Program-made: the position numbers and the translations under genes
Shown: positions 1 through 10,358 of the stretch, in pieces
Position numbering within the stretch: position 1 is the first letter of the stretch
Layout of the letters: each line of letters starts with the position of its first letter
The notes under the pieces: model-generated
The model's database searches: none
Seen by the model: only the letters and a program-made list of their open reading frames with translations
Told to the model about the DNA's origin: nothing
Assembly (NCBI RefSeq): GCF_013149785.1
Contig: NZ_JABEZU010000003.1
Location: 1 to 64,000, forward strand
DNA: 64,000 nt
Direction of reading: 5' to 3'
From: Isoptericola halotolerans
GTDB taxonomy: Bacteria > Actinomycetota > Actinomycetes > Actinomycetales > Cellulomonadaceae

Positions 1-101
1 GCGTGGTGCTTGTCGTGGTGCAGCTCCATGATCTTGCCGCTGATGTGCGGCTCCAGGGCGCTGTAGTCGTAGGGCAGGTCAGGCAACGTGTAGACAGCCA
101 T
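1..101 (-). CDS. sodA: Fe/Mn superoxide dismutase, N-terminal part (runs off window)
   Basis: Not in ORF track. Manual translation gives [33 protein letters not shown], the classic SodA N-terminus. GGAAGG RBS upstream. Confidence 0.95.
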   Translation of the reverse strand, partial: MAVYTLPDLPYDYSALEPHISGKIMELHHDKHH

Positions 102-183
102 GCTCATCTACCTTCCGTCGTCGGGCACCGCAGGGTGCCGGGGTGGTCAGCGCCGAGCAGGTGGGGGAACCACCCGCGCGGAC

Positions 184-231
184 AGAACAAGAAACCCGCG
201 CACCTCCCGTCGTGACGGGGGATGCGCGGGT
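184..231 (-). terminator. Rho-independent terminator after qcrB
   Basis: Imperfect stem ACCCGCGCA..CCCGTC/GACGGG..TGCGCGGGT followed by a T-rich tail (TTCTTGTTCT) on the minus strand. Confidence 0.75.
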
Positions 232-257
232 CTCTGTGACCTATCCGCTCAGGAGAC

Positions 258-1967
258 TCACTGCTCCCGATCGGCGTTCTCTGTCCCCGAGACGAGCTCG
301 GGGGAGCGGGGGGCGGCCTCGATCTCGTCGTGCTCGCCGTGCGCGTGCGCGGCAGCGAGCTCGGCCGGGGTGACCGGCTCGACACGATCCTCGAAGAAGA
401 ACCGGGACAGCTTCTGCCACTGCTTGTCCTTCTGGTACCCCGGACGCTTGACACCACGGGCGTCCGTCGCCGGCTCGATCTCGAGCGGTCGATGGGCGTC
501 GTAGTTGACGCGCAGCCAGCGCTCCTGGTCGTCGAGCGGGCGGTGCACCTCGATGTACTCACCGTTGGCGAACCGCACGATGCGGCCTGTCTCGTGGCCG
601 TGCAGGACGAGCTCACGATCCTTGCGCTGCAGACCGAGGCAGATGCGCTTGGTGACCCAGTAGGCGAACACGGGGCCTGCGAAGAACAGGATCCGGAACG
701 CCCAGGTGATCTGGTTGAGCGACATCCCGAAGTGCGTCGCGATGAGGTCGTTCGAGCCGGCGAGCGCGAGGATGATGAACGCCGTCAGGAACGCGACGCC
801 CAGACCCGTGCGTGCCGGGACGTTGCGCGGGCGGTCCAGCACGTGGTGCTCGCGCTTGTCGCCGGTCACCCGCGCCTCGATGAACGGATAGACGAAGAGG
901 AACGTGAACAGCAGACCGGGGATGACCACCGCAGGGATCAGCACGTTCAGCGACAGTGTGTAGCCGAAGATCACCCATTCGGTGGCATAGCCCGGCATGA
1001 GGCGCAGCGATCCCTCGAGGAACAGCATGTACCAGTCGGGCTGTGCACCGGCCCCGACCGGAGAGGGATCGTACGGACCGTAGTTCCACACGTTGTTGAT
1101 GCTCATCGTCGCGCCCATCAGGGCGAGGATGCCGAAGACGATGAAGAAGTTCCCGCCCATCTTCGCGATGTACACCGGGAAGAGCGGGTAGCCGACCACG
1201 TTCTTGTCCGTGCGGCCGCCGCCCGGGTACTGCGTGTGCTTGTGCAGCACCATGAGGAACAGGTGGACGCCGATGAGCACGAGGATCAGAGCCGGCACGA
1301 GCAGGATGTGCACGGTGAAGAGCCTCGGGATGATGTGCTCGCCCGGGAACTCGCCGCCGAAGAGGAAGTACGACGTGTACGAGCCGATCACCGGGATCGA
1401 CTTCACGACACCGTCGGTGATGCGCAGGCCGTTGCCGGACAGCACGTCGTCCGGCAACGAGTAGCCGGAGAACCCGGCGGCGAGGCCGAGGATCATCAGC
1501 ACGGTTCCGACGAGCCAGTTGATCTCACGCGGCTTGCGGAAGGCACCGGTGAAGAAGACGCGCATCATGTGCACGACGATGGAGGCCATGAAGACCAGCG
1601 CCGCCCAGTGATGGATCTGGCGCATCAGCAGGCCGCCGCGAACCTCGAACGACAGGTCCAACGTCGAGGCGAAGGCCACCGACATGAGCTGGCCCTGCAT
1701 CGATTCGGGGCCAGCCCCGTGGTACTCGATGAGCGCCATCGACGGGTCGAAGAACATCGTCAGGAAGACGCCCGTCAGGAGCAGCACGACGAAGGAGAAC
1801 AGTGCCATCTCGCCGAGCATGAAGGACCAGTGGTCCGGGAAGACCTTGCGCGCGAACTCCTTGACCGCGACGCCCACTCCGGTGCGCTGGTCGAGGTAGT
1901 CGGCTGCCTTGCCGGCCGGGGTCGTGGGGGGCTCGACGGTGGAGGAAGGGCTGGTGTCGGTACTCAC
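258..1967 (-). CDS. qcrB: Cytochrome bc1 complex cytochrome b subunit
   Basis: RKVFPDHWSFMLGE, RQIHHWAA and QPDWY motifs; multiple TM helices; operon context. Confidence 0.97.
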   Translation of the reverse strand: MSTDTSPSSTVEPPTTPAGKAADYLDQRTGVGVAVKEFARKVFPDHWSFMLGEMALFSFVVLLLTGVFLTMFFDPSMALIEYHGAGPESMQGQLMSVAFASTLDLSFEVRGGLLMRQIHHWAALVFMASIVVHMMRVFFTGAFRKPREINWLVGTVLMILGLAAGFSGYSLPDDVLSGNGLRITDGVVKSIPVIGSYTSYFLFGGEFPGEHIIPRLFTVHILLVPALILVLIGVHLFLMVLHKHTQYPGGGRTDKNVVGYPLFPVYIAKMGGNFFIVFGILALMGATMSINNVWNYGPYDPSPVGAGAQPDWYMLFLEGSLRLMPGYATEWVIFGYTLSLNVLIPAVVIPGLLFTFLFVYPFIEARVTGDKREHHVLDRPRNVPARTGLGVAFLTAFIILALAGSNDLIATHFGMSLNQITWAFRILFFAGPVFAYWVTKRICLGLQRKDRELVLHGHETGRIVRFANGEYIEVHRPLDDQERWLRVNYDAHRPLEIEPATDARGVKRPGYQKDKQWQKLSRFFFEDRVEPVTPAELAAAHAHGEHDEIEAAPRSPELVSGTENADREQ

Positions 1968-3010
1968 TTCAGACGCTCCCAGTAGCTCGGGCCGACAGGC
2001 TCGGCGAAGTCGTCCTGCGCCATGAGGTAGCCCTCGTCGTCGACCGTGATCGGCAGCTGCGGCAGCGGCCGGTTCGCGGGGCCGAAGACGACCTTGGCGC
2101 CGTCAGCCATGTCGAACGTGGACTGGTGGCACGGGCACAACAGGTGGTGCGTCTGCTGCTCGTAGAGAGCCACCGGGCAACCCACATGGGTGCAGATCTT
2201 CGAGTAGGCGACGATCCCGTCGTAGGACCAGGTCTCACCCTCGGGGGACTGGTCGGAACGAAGGTCCTCGGGATTCAGCCTGACGAGGAGCACGACGGCC
2301 TTGGCCTTCTCCGTGATCCACTCGTGTGACCGCATCTCTTCCTGCGATGCCTCCGGGATGACGTGCGCGACCGAGCCGACCGTCAGGTCGGAGGCCTTGA
2401 TGAGACGCCCGGAGGGGTCGTAGGCGAGACGCCTGTTGCGCTCCCAGATCGTGTGACGGAACTTGGAGACGTCCCAGTCACCACCGACGCTGGAGATCAG
2501 CGGGACGGCGAACGTCAGGGGGAACAGGGCGAGAGCGGAGACAGCCGCTCCCTTGAGCACGCCTCGACGGGCGATGCCGGAGTCCTCGGCGCCGTCGGCG
2601 AGGTGCTGGACGGCGACCGCGCGCACCTCGGGCGGGCTGGCGAGCTCGTGGCGCTCGTCCACGTGCTCGTGGTCGCTCATGAGGGACTTCGCCCAGTGGA
2701 TCGCCCCGACACCGATGCCGAGCAGCGAGATCGCCATGGTGACGCCCAGCAGGGCGGTCGACAGGCGGGTGCCCTCGGTCGTACCGTCCGGACGCACCGC
2801 GAAGTACGCCACGAGGCTGGCGATCGCGCCGAGGCACGAGATGGCGAAGATGATCGTGACGATGCGTTCGTTGCGCCGTGCGGCCTGCGGGTCGGTGTCG
2901 GTCAACCGCGGCTTGTGCGCCGGGACGCCGGGGTCCTCGAAACGCTCCGGAGAGGTGGAGGACGTCGCCGTGACCTCCTGACCGGGGTGGGGGTTCTGGT
3001 TCGCGCTCAC
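1964..3010 (-). CDS. qcrA: Cytochrome bc1 Rieske iron-sulfur subunit
   Basis: CTHVGC and CPCHQS Rieske motifs; GTG start overlaps the qcrC stop. Confidence 0.95.
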   Translation of the reverse strand: MSANQNPHPGQEVTATSSTSPERFEDPGVPAHKPRLTDTDPQAARRNERIVTIIFAISCLGAIASLVAYFAVRPDGTTEGTRLSTALLGVTMAISLLGIGVGAIHWAKSLMSDHEHVDERHELASPPEVRAVAVQHLADGAEDSGIARRGVLKGAAVSALALFPLTFAVPLISSVGGDWDVSKFRHTIWERNRRLAYDPSGRLIKASDLTVGSVAHVIPEASQEEMRSHEWITEKAKAVVLLVRLNPEDLRSDQSPEGETWSYDGIVAYSKICTHVGCPVALYEQQTHHLLCPCHQSTFDMADGAKVVFGPANRPLPQLPITVDDEGYLMAQDDFAEPVGPSYWERLK

Positions 3011-3789
3011 GAGGACTTCGCTCCGATCCACACTGCTGCGCCGATCATCAGACCGAGCCCGACGACCCAGGCCCACAGACCCTCGCTGACGGGCCCGAGA
3101 GAGCCCAGCGAGAGGCCACCTGCGGATCCTTCGCGCTGCTCGACGAGATAGGTGATGATGTCGCGCTTCTCCTCGGGGTTGAGGTTGGCGTCGTTGAAGA
3201 CCGGCATCGACTGCGGGCCGGTCAGCATCGCCTGGTAGATGTTCCGCTCCGAGACGTCGTACAGGGGCGGGGCCCACTTGCCCTCGGAGAGCGCGCCACC
3301 GGCGCCGACGGCGTTGTGGCACATCGCGCAGTTGGTGCGGAACAGCAGCGCGCCGTTCGCGGAGTCACCGAGCGCGGCGTCCACCTGCTCGTCGGTCGGG
3401 ATGGCAGGACCGGCTCCGAGCGACGCGACGTAGGCCGCGAGCTGGGCAGTCTGCTCCGGGTCCATCTGCGGCGGCTTCTCGGCAGCCTGCGGCCCGGTCA
3501 TCTGCATGGGCATGCGGCCGGTCGAGACCTGGAAGTCGACCGACGCGGCTCCCACCCCGACCAGCGAGGGCGCCTCGGGGGAGCCCTCGGCGTTGGGGCC
3601 GTGGCACGTGGCGCAGTTGGCCTGGAAGAGACGCTTCCCTTCCTCCACGTCGGTCGCTGTGCTGGCGGTCTCGGCAGTGGCCGGACTGGGTGCCAGGACG
3701 GCGTACAAGCCGCCCGTGACCAGCAGCGCCAGCAGCAGCAGCACGACCGGGGCGGCCCGGTGGTGCCGGCGGGCGGCGAGTGCCTTCAC
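3007..3789 (-). CDS. qcrC: Cytochrome bc1 diheme cytochrome c subunit
   Basis: Two CxxCH motifs (CATCH, CAMCH); start taken at GTG (VKALAARR). Confidence 0.95.
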   Translation of the reverse strand: MKALAARRHHRAAPVVLLLLALLVTGGLYAVLAPSPATAETASTATDVEEGKRLFQANCATCHGPNAEGSPEAPSLVGVGAASVDFQVSTGRMPMQMTGPQAAEKPPQMDPEQTAQLAAYVASLGAGPAIPTDEQVDAALGDSANGALLFRTNCAMCHNAVGAGGALSEGKWAPPLYDVSERNIYQAMLTGPQSMPVFNDANLNPEEKRDIITYLVEQREGSAGGLSLGSLGPVSEGLWAWVVGLGLMIGAAVWIGAKSS

Positions 3790-3857
3790 GAAAATGTCCT
3801 CGTCTCGCAGGTGGATGGTGCAGGGTCGGAGGGGTCGGCGACTGCGCCGGCCCCGGA

Positions 3858-4511
3858 CTACTTCAGGACGTAGATCACCAGGAACAGGGCGATCCACACG
3901 ACGTCGACGAAGTGCCAGTAGTAGGACACCACCAGTCCGGTGGTGACCTCGTGGTGCGTGAAGCGCTTGGCCCGGAAGGACCGGCCCAGCAGGAACAGGA
4001 AGGCGATGAGTCCGCCGGCCACGTGCAGACCGTGGAAGCCGGTCGCCAGGTAGAAGACCGAACCGTAGGCGCTGGAGGAGATCGTCAGACCGTGCTCGAC
4101 GAGCTCGGCGTACTCGAAGATCTGACCGGCGACGAAGATCGCCCCCATGAGATAGGTCAGCGTCATCCACTCCGTCATGCCCCAGCGGTTCACCTGGAGC
4201 AGGGAGCCGGTGCGCAGCGGCTGGAACCGCTCCGCGGCCAGGACGCCGGCCTGGCACGTGATCGACGAGGCGACCAGGATGCAGGTGTTGATCAGCGGGA
4301 AGATCAGGCTGACCTGTCCCGCCTCGGCCGCCCATTCCTCTTCGGGCATGACCGAACGGACGGTGAAGTACATGGCGAACAGGCCCGCGAAGAACATGAG
4401 CTCGCTGGCGAGCCACACGATCGTCCCGACCGAGACAGGGTTCGGTCTGTTGACGGTCACGTGCTGATGGGCGTGGGGGGCAGCAGCCGTTGCAGTCGAC
4501 ACATCAGCCAT
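3858..4511 (-). CDS. ctaE: Cytochrome c oxidase subunit III
   Basis: [21 protein letters not shown] and [10 protein letters not shown] motifs. Confidence 0.96.
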   Translation of the reverse strand: MADVSTATAAAPHAHQHVTVNRPNPVSVGTIVWLASELMFFAGLFAMYFTVRSVMPEEEWAAEAGQVSLIFPLINTCILVASSITCQAGVLAAERFQPLRTGSLLQVNRWGMTEWMTLTYLMGAIFVAGQIFEYAELVEHGLTISSSAYGSVFYLATGFHGLHVAGGLIAFLFLLGRSFRAKRFTHHEVTTGLVVSYYWHFVDVVWIALFLVIYVLK

Positions 4512-4713
4512 TATGGCGGACGTGAGGCGGGTTCGAGGACCCGGGGGGTGCACTTCGTGGAGATCCGGCTCACCGAATCTGCAGAAACGTGCGGTCGAGC
4601 GAGGTGTTCGTGACGGATCGAGGAAGACTGCCACGAAAAGACCACGTCACGTCGGTGACCGAGGTGACGGACCTGTGCCACGATGCCATCAAAGATCTGC
4701 GAAGGGATGCTCG

Positions 4714-5103
4714 ATGACGACAGGCCCCCGTGTCCTGCTCTACAGCGACGACAGCACCGTGCGTGAACAGGTGCGCCTCGCTGTCGGCCCACGCCTGAGG
4801 GCGGGGTCGGCCGAGATCGCCTGGACGGAGGTAGCGACGGCGCAGCAGCTCGTCGCGACGGCCGAGAGCGGCCGGTTCGACCTGCTGGTCCTGGACGGAG
4901 AGGCTGACAAGGCGGGTGGCATGGGTCTGTGCCGTCAGCTGAAGAACGAGGTCTACTCCTGCCCGCCCGTCGTCGTGCTCACGGGACGGCCGCAGGACGC
5001 CTGGCTGGCATCATGGTCGCTCGCCGACGCCGTGGTGCCGCGGCCGCTCGACGCGCTGGTGGTGCAGCGAGCGGTGGCGGAGACCCTGTCGCCGGCAGCC
5101 TGA
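4714..5103 (+). CDS. Stand-alone atypical response-regulator receiver protein
   Basis: VLLYSDD...LVLDGEA...VVVLTGR receiver fold with no output domain; sits between ctaE and trpD. Confidence 0.8.
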   Translation: MTTGPRVLLYSDDSTVREQVRLAVGPRLRAGSAEIAWTEVATAQQLVATAESGRFDLLVLDGEADKAGGMGLCRQLKNEVYSCPPVVVLTGRPQDAWLASWSLADAVVPRPLDALVVQRAVAETLSPAA

Positions 5104-5146
5104 GCCACGGCGTCCGCCGTCTGCCCGTCCCGAACCCCTGCTGGAA

Positions 5147-6220
5147 GTGACTGCCGTGACCCCGAGTGCCCTGACCGACCACACCTGGCCCGGTGTGCTC
5201 ACCGAGCTCATCGCCGGCGGCGACCTGACGGCGGAGCAGACCTCCTGGGCGATGGATCAGGTGATGTCCGGCGAGGTGCCGGCGACGCGTCTGGCGGGCT
5301 TCCTCGTCGCGCTCCGCGCGAAGGGGGAGACGGCGGAGGAGCTGGCAGGGCTGGCTGACGCCATGCTCGCCCACGCGGTCCGCATCGAGGTGGCCGGCCC
5401 GACGGTCGACCTGGTCGGCACGGGCGGCGACCGGCACCACACGGTCAACGTCTCGACGATGGCGGCGGTCGTCGTGGCCGGCGCCGGGGTGCGGGTCGTC
5501 AAGCACGGCAACCGGGCGGCGTCGTCGTCGTCCGGCTCGGCCGACGTGCTGGAGGCGCTGGGGGTGCGGCTCGACCAGCCGGCCGAGCGGGTCGCCGAGA
5601 TCGCGCACGAGGTCGGTATCACGTTCTGCTTCGCGGGCCTGTTCCACCCGTCGATGCGGCACGCGGCCACGGCGCGTCGTGACCTCGGCGTCGCGACGGC
5701 GTTCAACTTCCTCGGCCCGCTGACCAACCCTGCTCAGCCCGGGGCGACGGCCGTCGGGTGCGCGGACGCCCGGATGGCGCCGCTCATGGCGGGCGTGCTC
5801 GCCTCGCGCGGGACGGATGCGCTCGTGTTCCGTGGCGACGACGGCCTGGACGAGCTGGCCGCCACCGGGAAGGCGACGGTGTGGGAGGTGCGCGGCGGGC
5901 GGGTCGTCGAGCAGCGTCTCGACGCGGCGGCGGACCTCGGTCTCGACAGCATCGGGATCGCGGACCTGCGTGGTGCTGACGCGGCGCACAACGCTCAGGT
6001 CGCCCGCGAGGTGTTCACCGGTTCCGACGAAGGCCCCGTCCGGCAGACGGTGCTGCTCAACGCCGCGGCTGCGCTCGTGGCGGACCGGTCGCTGCCGGGC
6101 ACGGCCGAGGGTTCGCTGCGCGACCGCCTGGCCGCAGGGCTGGACCACGCGGCGCGCAGCATCGACGACGGCGGCGCGGCGACGGTCGTCGAACAGTGGG
6201 TGGCGGCCACGCAGATCTGA
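5147..6220 (+). CDS. trpD: Anthranilate phosphoribosyltransferase
   Basis: [24 protein letters not shown] and [10 protein letters not shown] motifs. Confidence 0.97.
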   Translation: MTAVTPSALTDHTWPGVLTELIAGGDLTAEQTSWAMDQVMSGEVPATRLAGFLVALRAKGETAEELAGLADAMLAHAVRIEVAGPTVDLVGTGGDRHHTVNVSTMAAVVVAGAGVRVVKHGNRAASSSSGSADVLEALGVRLDQPAERVAEIAHEVGITFCFAGLFHPSMRHAATARRDLGVATAFNFLGPLTNPAQPGATAVGCADARMAPLMAGVLASRGTDALVFRGDDGLDELAATGKATVWEVRGGRVVEQRLDAAADLGLDSIGIADLRGADAAHNAQVAREVFTGSDEGPVRQTVLLNAAAALVADRSLPGTAEGSLRDRLAAGLDHAARSIDDGGAATVVEQWVAATQI

Positions 6221-6267
6221 GACGCGGTCTCACCAGCGGGTGTTCCGGGCTTCCGGGTCCGAGCGGC

Positions 6268-6549
6268 TCAGTCGTCGAGCCCCAGGGCGAAAGCCTGCTC
6301 CAGATCGTGGTGGGAGTACGCCCGGAAGGCGATGAGCGTCTCGGTGCGCAGCACGCCGGGCACCTTGCTGATGCCGTCGGCGATCACCGACGACAGCTCG
6401 TCGTGCTCGCCGACCCGGACCATCGCCACGAGGTCGGCCTTGCCGGTGACGGAGTAGACCTCGCTCACCCCACGCAGGTTCGTGACCTGCGTGGCGACCT
6501 CGGGGATCCGGTCCGGCACGGTGTCGATGAGGACGATCGCGGTCAGCAT
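6268..6549 (-). CDS. Lrp/AsnC ligand-binding domain protein
   Basis: MLTAIVLI...GVSEVYSVTG..DL...TETLIAFR; no HTH domain. Confidence 0.88.
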   Translation of the reverse strand: MLTAIVLIDTVPDRIPEVATQVTNLRGVSEVYSVTGKADLVAMVRVGEHDELSSVIADGISKVPGVLRTETLIAFRAYSHHDLEQAFALGLDD

Positions 6550-8303
6550 GCCGTCATCGTATCGGGGCCGCGCAGCGCGAGCGCGACCGAGGCCGACACG
6601 TCCTCGAGATCGGCGTGCGCGACGGCCGAGCGCACCGGGCAGGTCCACGGGTCCGAGGTGTGCACCAGGCGGACGCCCGGCTGATCGAGCCAGTCCAGCA
6701 CCAGCGCGGCCTCCTCCGGATGGCAGGCCGGCGCCGGAGGGGACGGGGGCTCGACCGCCTCCGCCGTCGCACGCAGCGCGTCCACCACCGGCAGGGGGTC
6801 TTCACCCGGGCCCGTCACCGCCGTCCCGGAGAACCGGGCATGACGCACGACGACCAGCTCCCAGCCGCCCGCGGCCGTCGGCCGGGCGGCCACGAGCTCG
6901 GCGCAACGGCTCAACGGGTCGAGGCGCTGCGCCCGGGCGGCGGCCGCGACGAAGGACCGGAGTCGATGGGTCACCTGTCCGGCCTCCTCGAACCGCTCCT
7001 GACCGGCCAGCCGGGCCACGCGCTCGGCGAGGAGACGGACCACGGCACCGGGGTCACCGGTCAGGGCGGTCCGTGCTTCCTCCACGACGGCCGCGTAGTC
7101 GTGGTCCGGTTCCGTCGTCGCGACGCACGGTGCCGAGCAGCGTCCCAGCCCGGCCAGCGCGCAGGGGCTGCGGCGGACCCGCGAGACCGGGGGCAGCCGT
7201 GGGGTGCACCGGCGCAGCGCGATCGCGTCGTGGAGCGCCTCGACGGCGGCGGTGGCGGCCCGTCGCGACGAGAAGGGACCGATGTGCGGGACGTCGCCGC
7301 GCACCTCCGGCACCACCGACAGCCGCGGGTACGCCTCGTCCGTCAGTCGGACCCACGTCTGACGCTCGGGGTGCTTGGACCGGCGGTTGTACCGCGGGGC
7401 GTGCTCCGTGATCAGGCGCAGCTCGCGGACCTGCGCCTCCAGCGGTGTCGCGCAGACGACCGGTGTGACCGCGTGCGCGATGCGGACCATCTCGGTGATC
7501 CGGCGCCGCTTCTCGGCCGCGGTGAAGTAGGACCGCACACGCCGCCGGATGTCCGTGGAGGTGCCGACGTAGAGCACCTCGCCGTCCGGTCCCCGGAACT
7601 GGTAGACGCCGGGGGCGCTGGGCAACCCGTCCGCCAGCGTCGCCTTGCACCGGACGTCGGCGGGGACCGGGTCGGCAGCGGTGGCGAGGTCCTCGAGGTG
7701 CGTGACGCCGAGCGGGGCGAGGCGCTCCAGCAGGGCGTGCAGGACGTCGACCGTGGCACGGGCGTCGGCGAGCGCTCGGTGGTCGGGCGACGTCCGGGCC
7801 CGGAAGAGCCGTGCCAGCGTGGCGAGCTTGTGGTTCGGTGCCTCGTCACGCAGCACGACGCGACGGGCCAGCGGCAGGGTGTCCACGACGGTGAAGCCGG
7901 GCCACGTGTAGTCCAGGTCGGCGCAGGCGGCGCGCAGGAAACCGACGTCGAACGGGGCGTTGTGGGCCACCAGCACGCAGCCGCGGGCGAACTCGAGGAA
8001 GCCCGGCAGCACGAGCGCCACGTCCGGTGCCGTCGCGACCATCGACGTGGTGATGCCCGTGAGCCTCGCGACGAAGGCCGGCACCGGCCGCCCCGGGTTC
8101 ACCAGGGACTGGAACTCGCCGAGGACCTCGCCGCCGCGGACCTTGACCGCACCGATCTCGGTGATGCCGGCGTCGCTCGCCCGGCTGCCGGTGGTCTCCA
8201 GGTCCACGACGACGAAGGTCACGTCCTGCAGCGGTGTCCCGATGTCCGCGAAGGACGGCTGGACCGCCGCCGTCGCGGCCTGCGGAGCTCGTGCGATCGA
8301 CAT
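6543..8303 (-). CDS. DEDD exonuclease (Pol III epsilon-like) fused to a GIY-YIG/UvrC-like domain
   Basis: VVVDLETTG, AHNAPFD, HRALADA, then PGVYQF..LYVGTS and a UVR-like ERFEEA. Confidence 0.92.
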   Translation of the reverse strand: MSIARAPQAATAAVQPSFADIGTPLQDVTFVVVDLETTGSRASDAGITEIGAVKVRGGEVLGEFQSLVNPGRPVPAFVARLTGITTSMVATAPDVALVLPGFLEFARGCVLVAHNAPFDVGFLRAACADLDYTWPGFTVVDTLPLARRVVLRDEAPNHKLATLARLFRARTSPDHRALADARATVDVLHALLERLAPLGVTHLEDLATAADPVPADVRCKATLADGLPSAPGVYQFRGPDGEVLYVGTSTDIRRRVRSYFTAAEKRRRITEMVRIAHAVTPVVCATPLEAQVRELRLITEHAPRYNRRSKHPERQTWVRLTDEAYPRLSVVPEVRGDVPHIGPFSSRRAATAAVEALHDAIALRRCTPRLPPVSRVRRSPCALAGLGRCSAPCVATTEPDHDYAAVVEEARTALTGDPGAVVRLLAERVARLAGQERFEEAGQVTHRLRSFVAAAARAQRLDPLSRCAELVAARPTAAGGWELVVVRHARFSGTAVTGPGEDPLPVVDALRATAEAVEPPSPPAPACHPEEAALVLDWLDQPGVRLVHTSDPWTCPVRSAVAHADLEDVSASVALALRGPDTMTAC

Positions 8304-8337
8304 GGCGGGGACCGTAGTCCCCGCCACCGACAGCAGG

Positions 8338-10146
8338 TCAGTCCGGGGACTGCTCGCGGGTGTCGAGGTAGAGCGCCTCGACGTCGTCCGCGAAGTCCTT
8401 GAGCACGACCGAGCGCTTCACCTTGAGGGACGGCGTGAGGTAGTCGTTCTCGACGGTGAGGTCCTCGGCGAGGATCGAGAACTTGCGGATGGACTCCGCG
8501 CGCGAGACAGCCTTGTTGGCCCGGGCCACGGCCGCGTCCAGCGCGGCCAGGACATCGGTGTCCGTCCGGGCCTGCTCGACGGTCATCTCGGGCTTGTCGT
8601 GCATCTTCAGCCAGCCCGGAAGACCCTCCGGGTCGATGGTGATCAGGGCACCGATGAACGGCCGGTTGTCGCCGACGACGACGCACTGGCTCACCAGGGC
8701 GTGAGCCCTGATGCGGTCCTCCAGGGCGGCCGGGGCGACGTTCTTGCCACCGGCCGTCACGATGATCTCCTTCTTGCGGCCGGTGATCGACAGGAAGCCC
8801 TCGTCGTCCAGCGTGCCGAGGTCGCCCGTGCGGAACCACTCGCCGTCGAACGACTCGGCCGTGGCCTCGGCGTTGTTGTGGTATCCCCGGAAGACGTGCA
8901 CGCCCTTGAGCAGGATCTCGCCGTCCGCGGCGATCTTGACCCCGCAGCCGGGCAGCTGGGTGCCGACCGAGCCGATGCGGTTCGCCGCCGGACGGTTGAC
9001 GCTCGTGGGGGCGGTGGTCTCGGTGAGGCCGTACCCCTCCAGGATCGTCAGGCCGATCCCGCGGAAGAAGTGGCCGAGACGCTCTCCCAGCGGTCCTCCG
9101 CCGGAGACGGCGTAGCGGGCCTGCCCGCCCAGGGCGGCCAGCAGCTTGCCGTAGACCAGCCTGCCCGCGACCTTGTGCTGGACGTTCAACCAGAACGACG
9201 GACCACCGGTGTCCTGGGCACGGGACCACGCGATCGCGGTCGCCGTGGCCCACTGGAAGATCTTCAGCTTGCCGCCGGCCGCAGCCTTCTGCTCGGCCGA
9301 GTTGTAGACCTTCTCGAACACTCGCGGCACGGCGAGGACGAAGGTCGGCTTGAACGTGCCCAGGCCCTGGGTGACCGTCTTGACGTCCGCCCAGTGCCCC
9401 AGCACGCTGCCACCGGCGATGGCGAGCACCTCGATGAACCGTGCGAACACGTGGGCCAGGGGCAGGAAGAGCAGCGTGCGGCCCCCGGAGGCGAAGACCT
9501 CCGGCACCGCGGCGACGGCGTTGGTGGCGAGCGAGGCGAAGTTGCCGTGGGTCAGCTCGGCGCCCTTGGGCCGACCCGTCGTGCCCGACGTGTAGATGAT
9601 GGTCGCGACGTCGTCCAGACCGGCGAGGGCTCGGCGGCGGACGATCTCGGCGTCGTCGACGTCGGCGCCCGCCGCGACGAGGTCGGCGATCGCGCCGTCG
9701 TCGATGGACAGCACCTCGCGCAGCGTCGGTGCGTCGTCGGCGACCTGTCCGACGACGGCGGCGAGCTCGGCGTCCTCCACCACCAGGACGGTGACACCGG
9801 CGTCGGTGACGATCCACTCGACCTGCTCGGGCGACGACGTCTCGTAGACCGGGACCGGCACCGCTCCGGCCGCCCACGCGGCGAAGTCGAGCAGGGTCCA
9901 CTCGTAGCGCGTGTGCGACATGATCCCGACGGGGTCGCCGGGCTGGACGCCCTTGGCGACGAGCCCCTTGGCCACGGCCACGACCTCGGCGTCGAAGGCG
10001 GCGTTGCTCAGGCTCTCCCAGCCGTCACCGGCCGGTCGTTCGATGATGGGCGCGTCGGGATCCTTCGTGACGCGATCGGTGAGCAGGTCGTTGAGGTTCG
10101 ACGTCGGGGGCAGCTCCACGAGCTGCGGTGTGGTGATCTCGTCCAT
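8338..10146 (-). CDS. Long-chain fatty acid-CoA ligase (AMP-dependent synthetase)
   Basis: IIYTSGTTGRPKG, EGYGLTET, FRTGDLG and GRKKEIIVTAGGKNV motifs. Confidence 0.95.
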   Translation of the reverse strand: MDEITTPQLVELPPTSNLNDLLTDRVTKDPDAPIIERPAGDGWESLSNAAFDAEVVAVAKGLVAKGVQPGDPVGIMSHTRYEWTLLDFAAWAAGAVPVPVYETSSPEQVEWIVTDAGVTVLVVEDAELAAVVGQVADDAPTLREVLSIDDGAIADLVAAGADVDDAEIVRRRALAGLDDVATIIYTSGTTGRPKGAELTHGNFASLATNAVAAVPEVFASGGRTLLFLPLAHVFARFIEVLAIAGGSVLGHWADVKTVTQGLGTFKPTFVLAVPRVFEKVYNSAEQKAAAGGKLKIFQWATATAIAWSRAQDTGGPSFWLNVQHKVAGRLVYGKLLAALGGQARYAVSGGGPLGERLGHFFRGIGLTILEGYGLTETTAPTSVNRPAANRIGSVGTQLPGCGVKIAADGEILLKGVHVFRGYHNNAEATAESFDGEWFRTGDLGTLDDEGFLSITGRKKEIIVTAGGKNVAPAALEDRIRAHALVSQCVVVGDNRPFIGALITIDPEGLPGWLKMHDKPEMTVEQARTDTDVLAALDAAVARANKAVSRAESIRKFSILAEDLTVENDYLTPSLKVKRSVVLKDFADDVEALYLDTREQSPD

Positions 10147-10358
10147 GCTGACTCCAGTGGCAGGGCTCGTCCGTGGCGGTCACGATACCGGGTCGCACGG
10201 GCGCCGCGGTCACGGGCTCGCATCAACTGGTGGACGGTGCGTCCGCGGTGGTCGCGGGTCGGTAGTCTGGTGCACCGGCGCGCCCGGGCGCGCCGACGTG
10301 TCGGTGCGACTGCCCCGTCGGCCCGACGTCCCCGAGATCGAACGTGAGGACTTGACGC

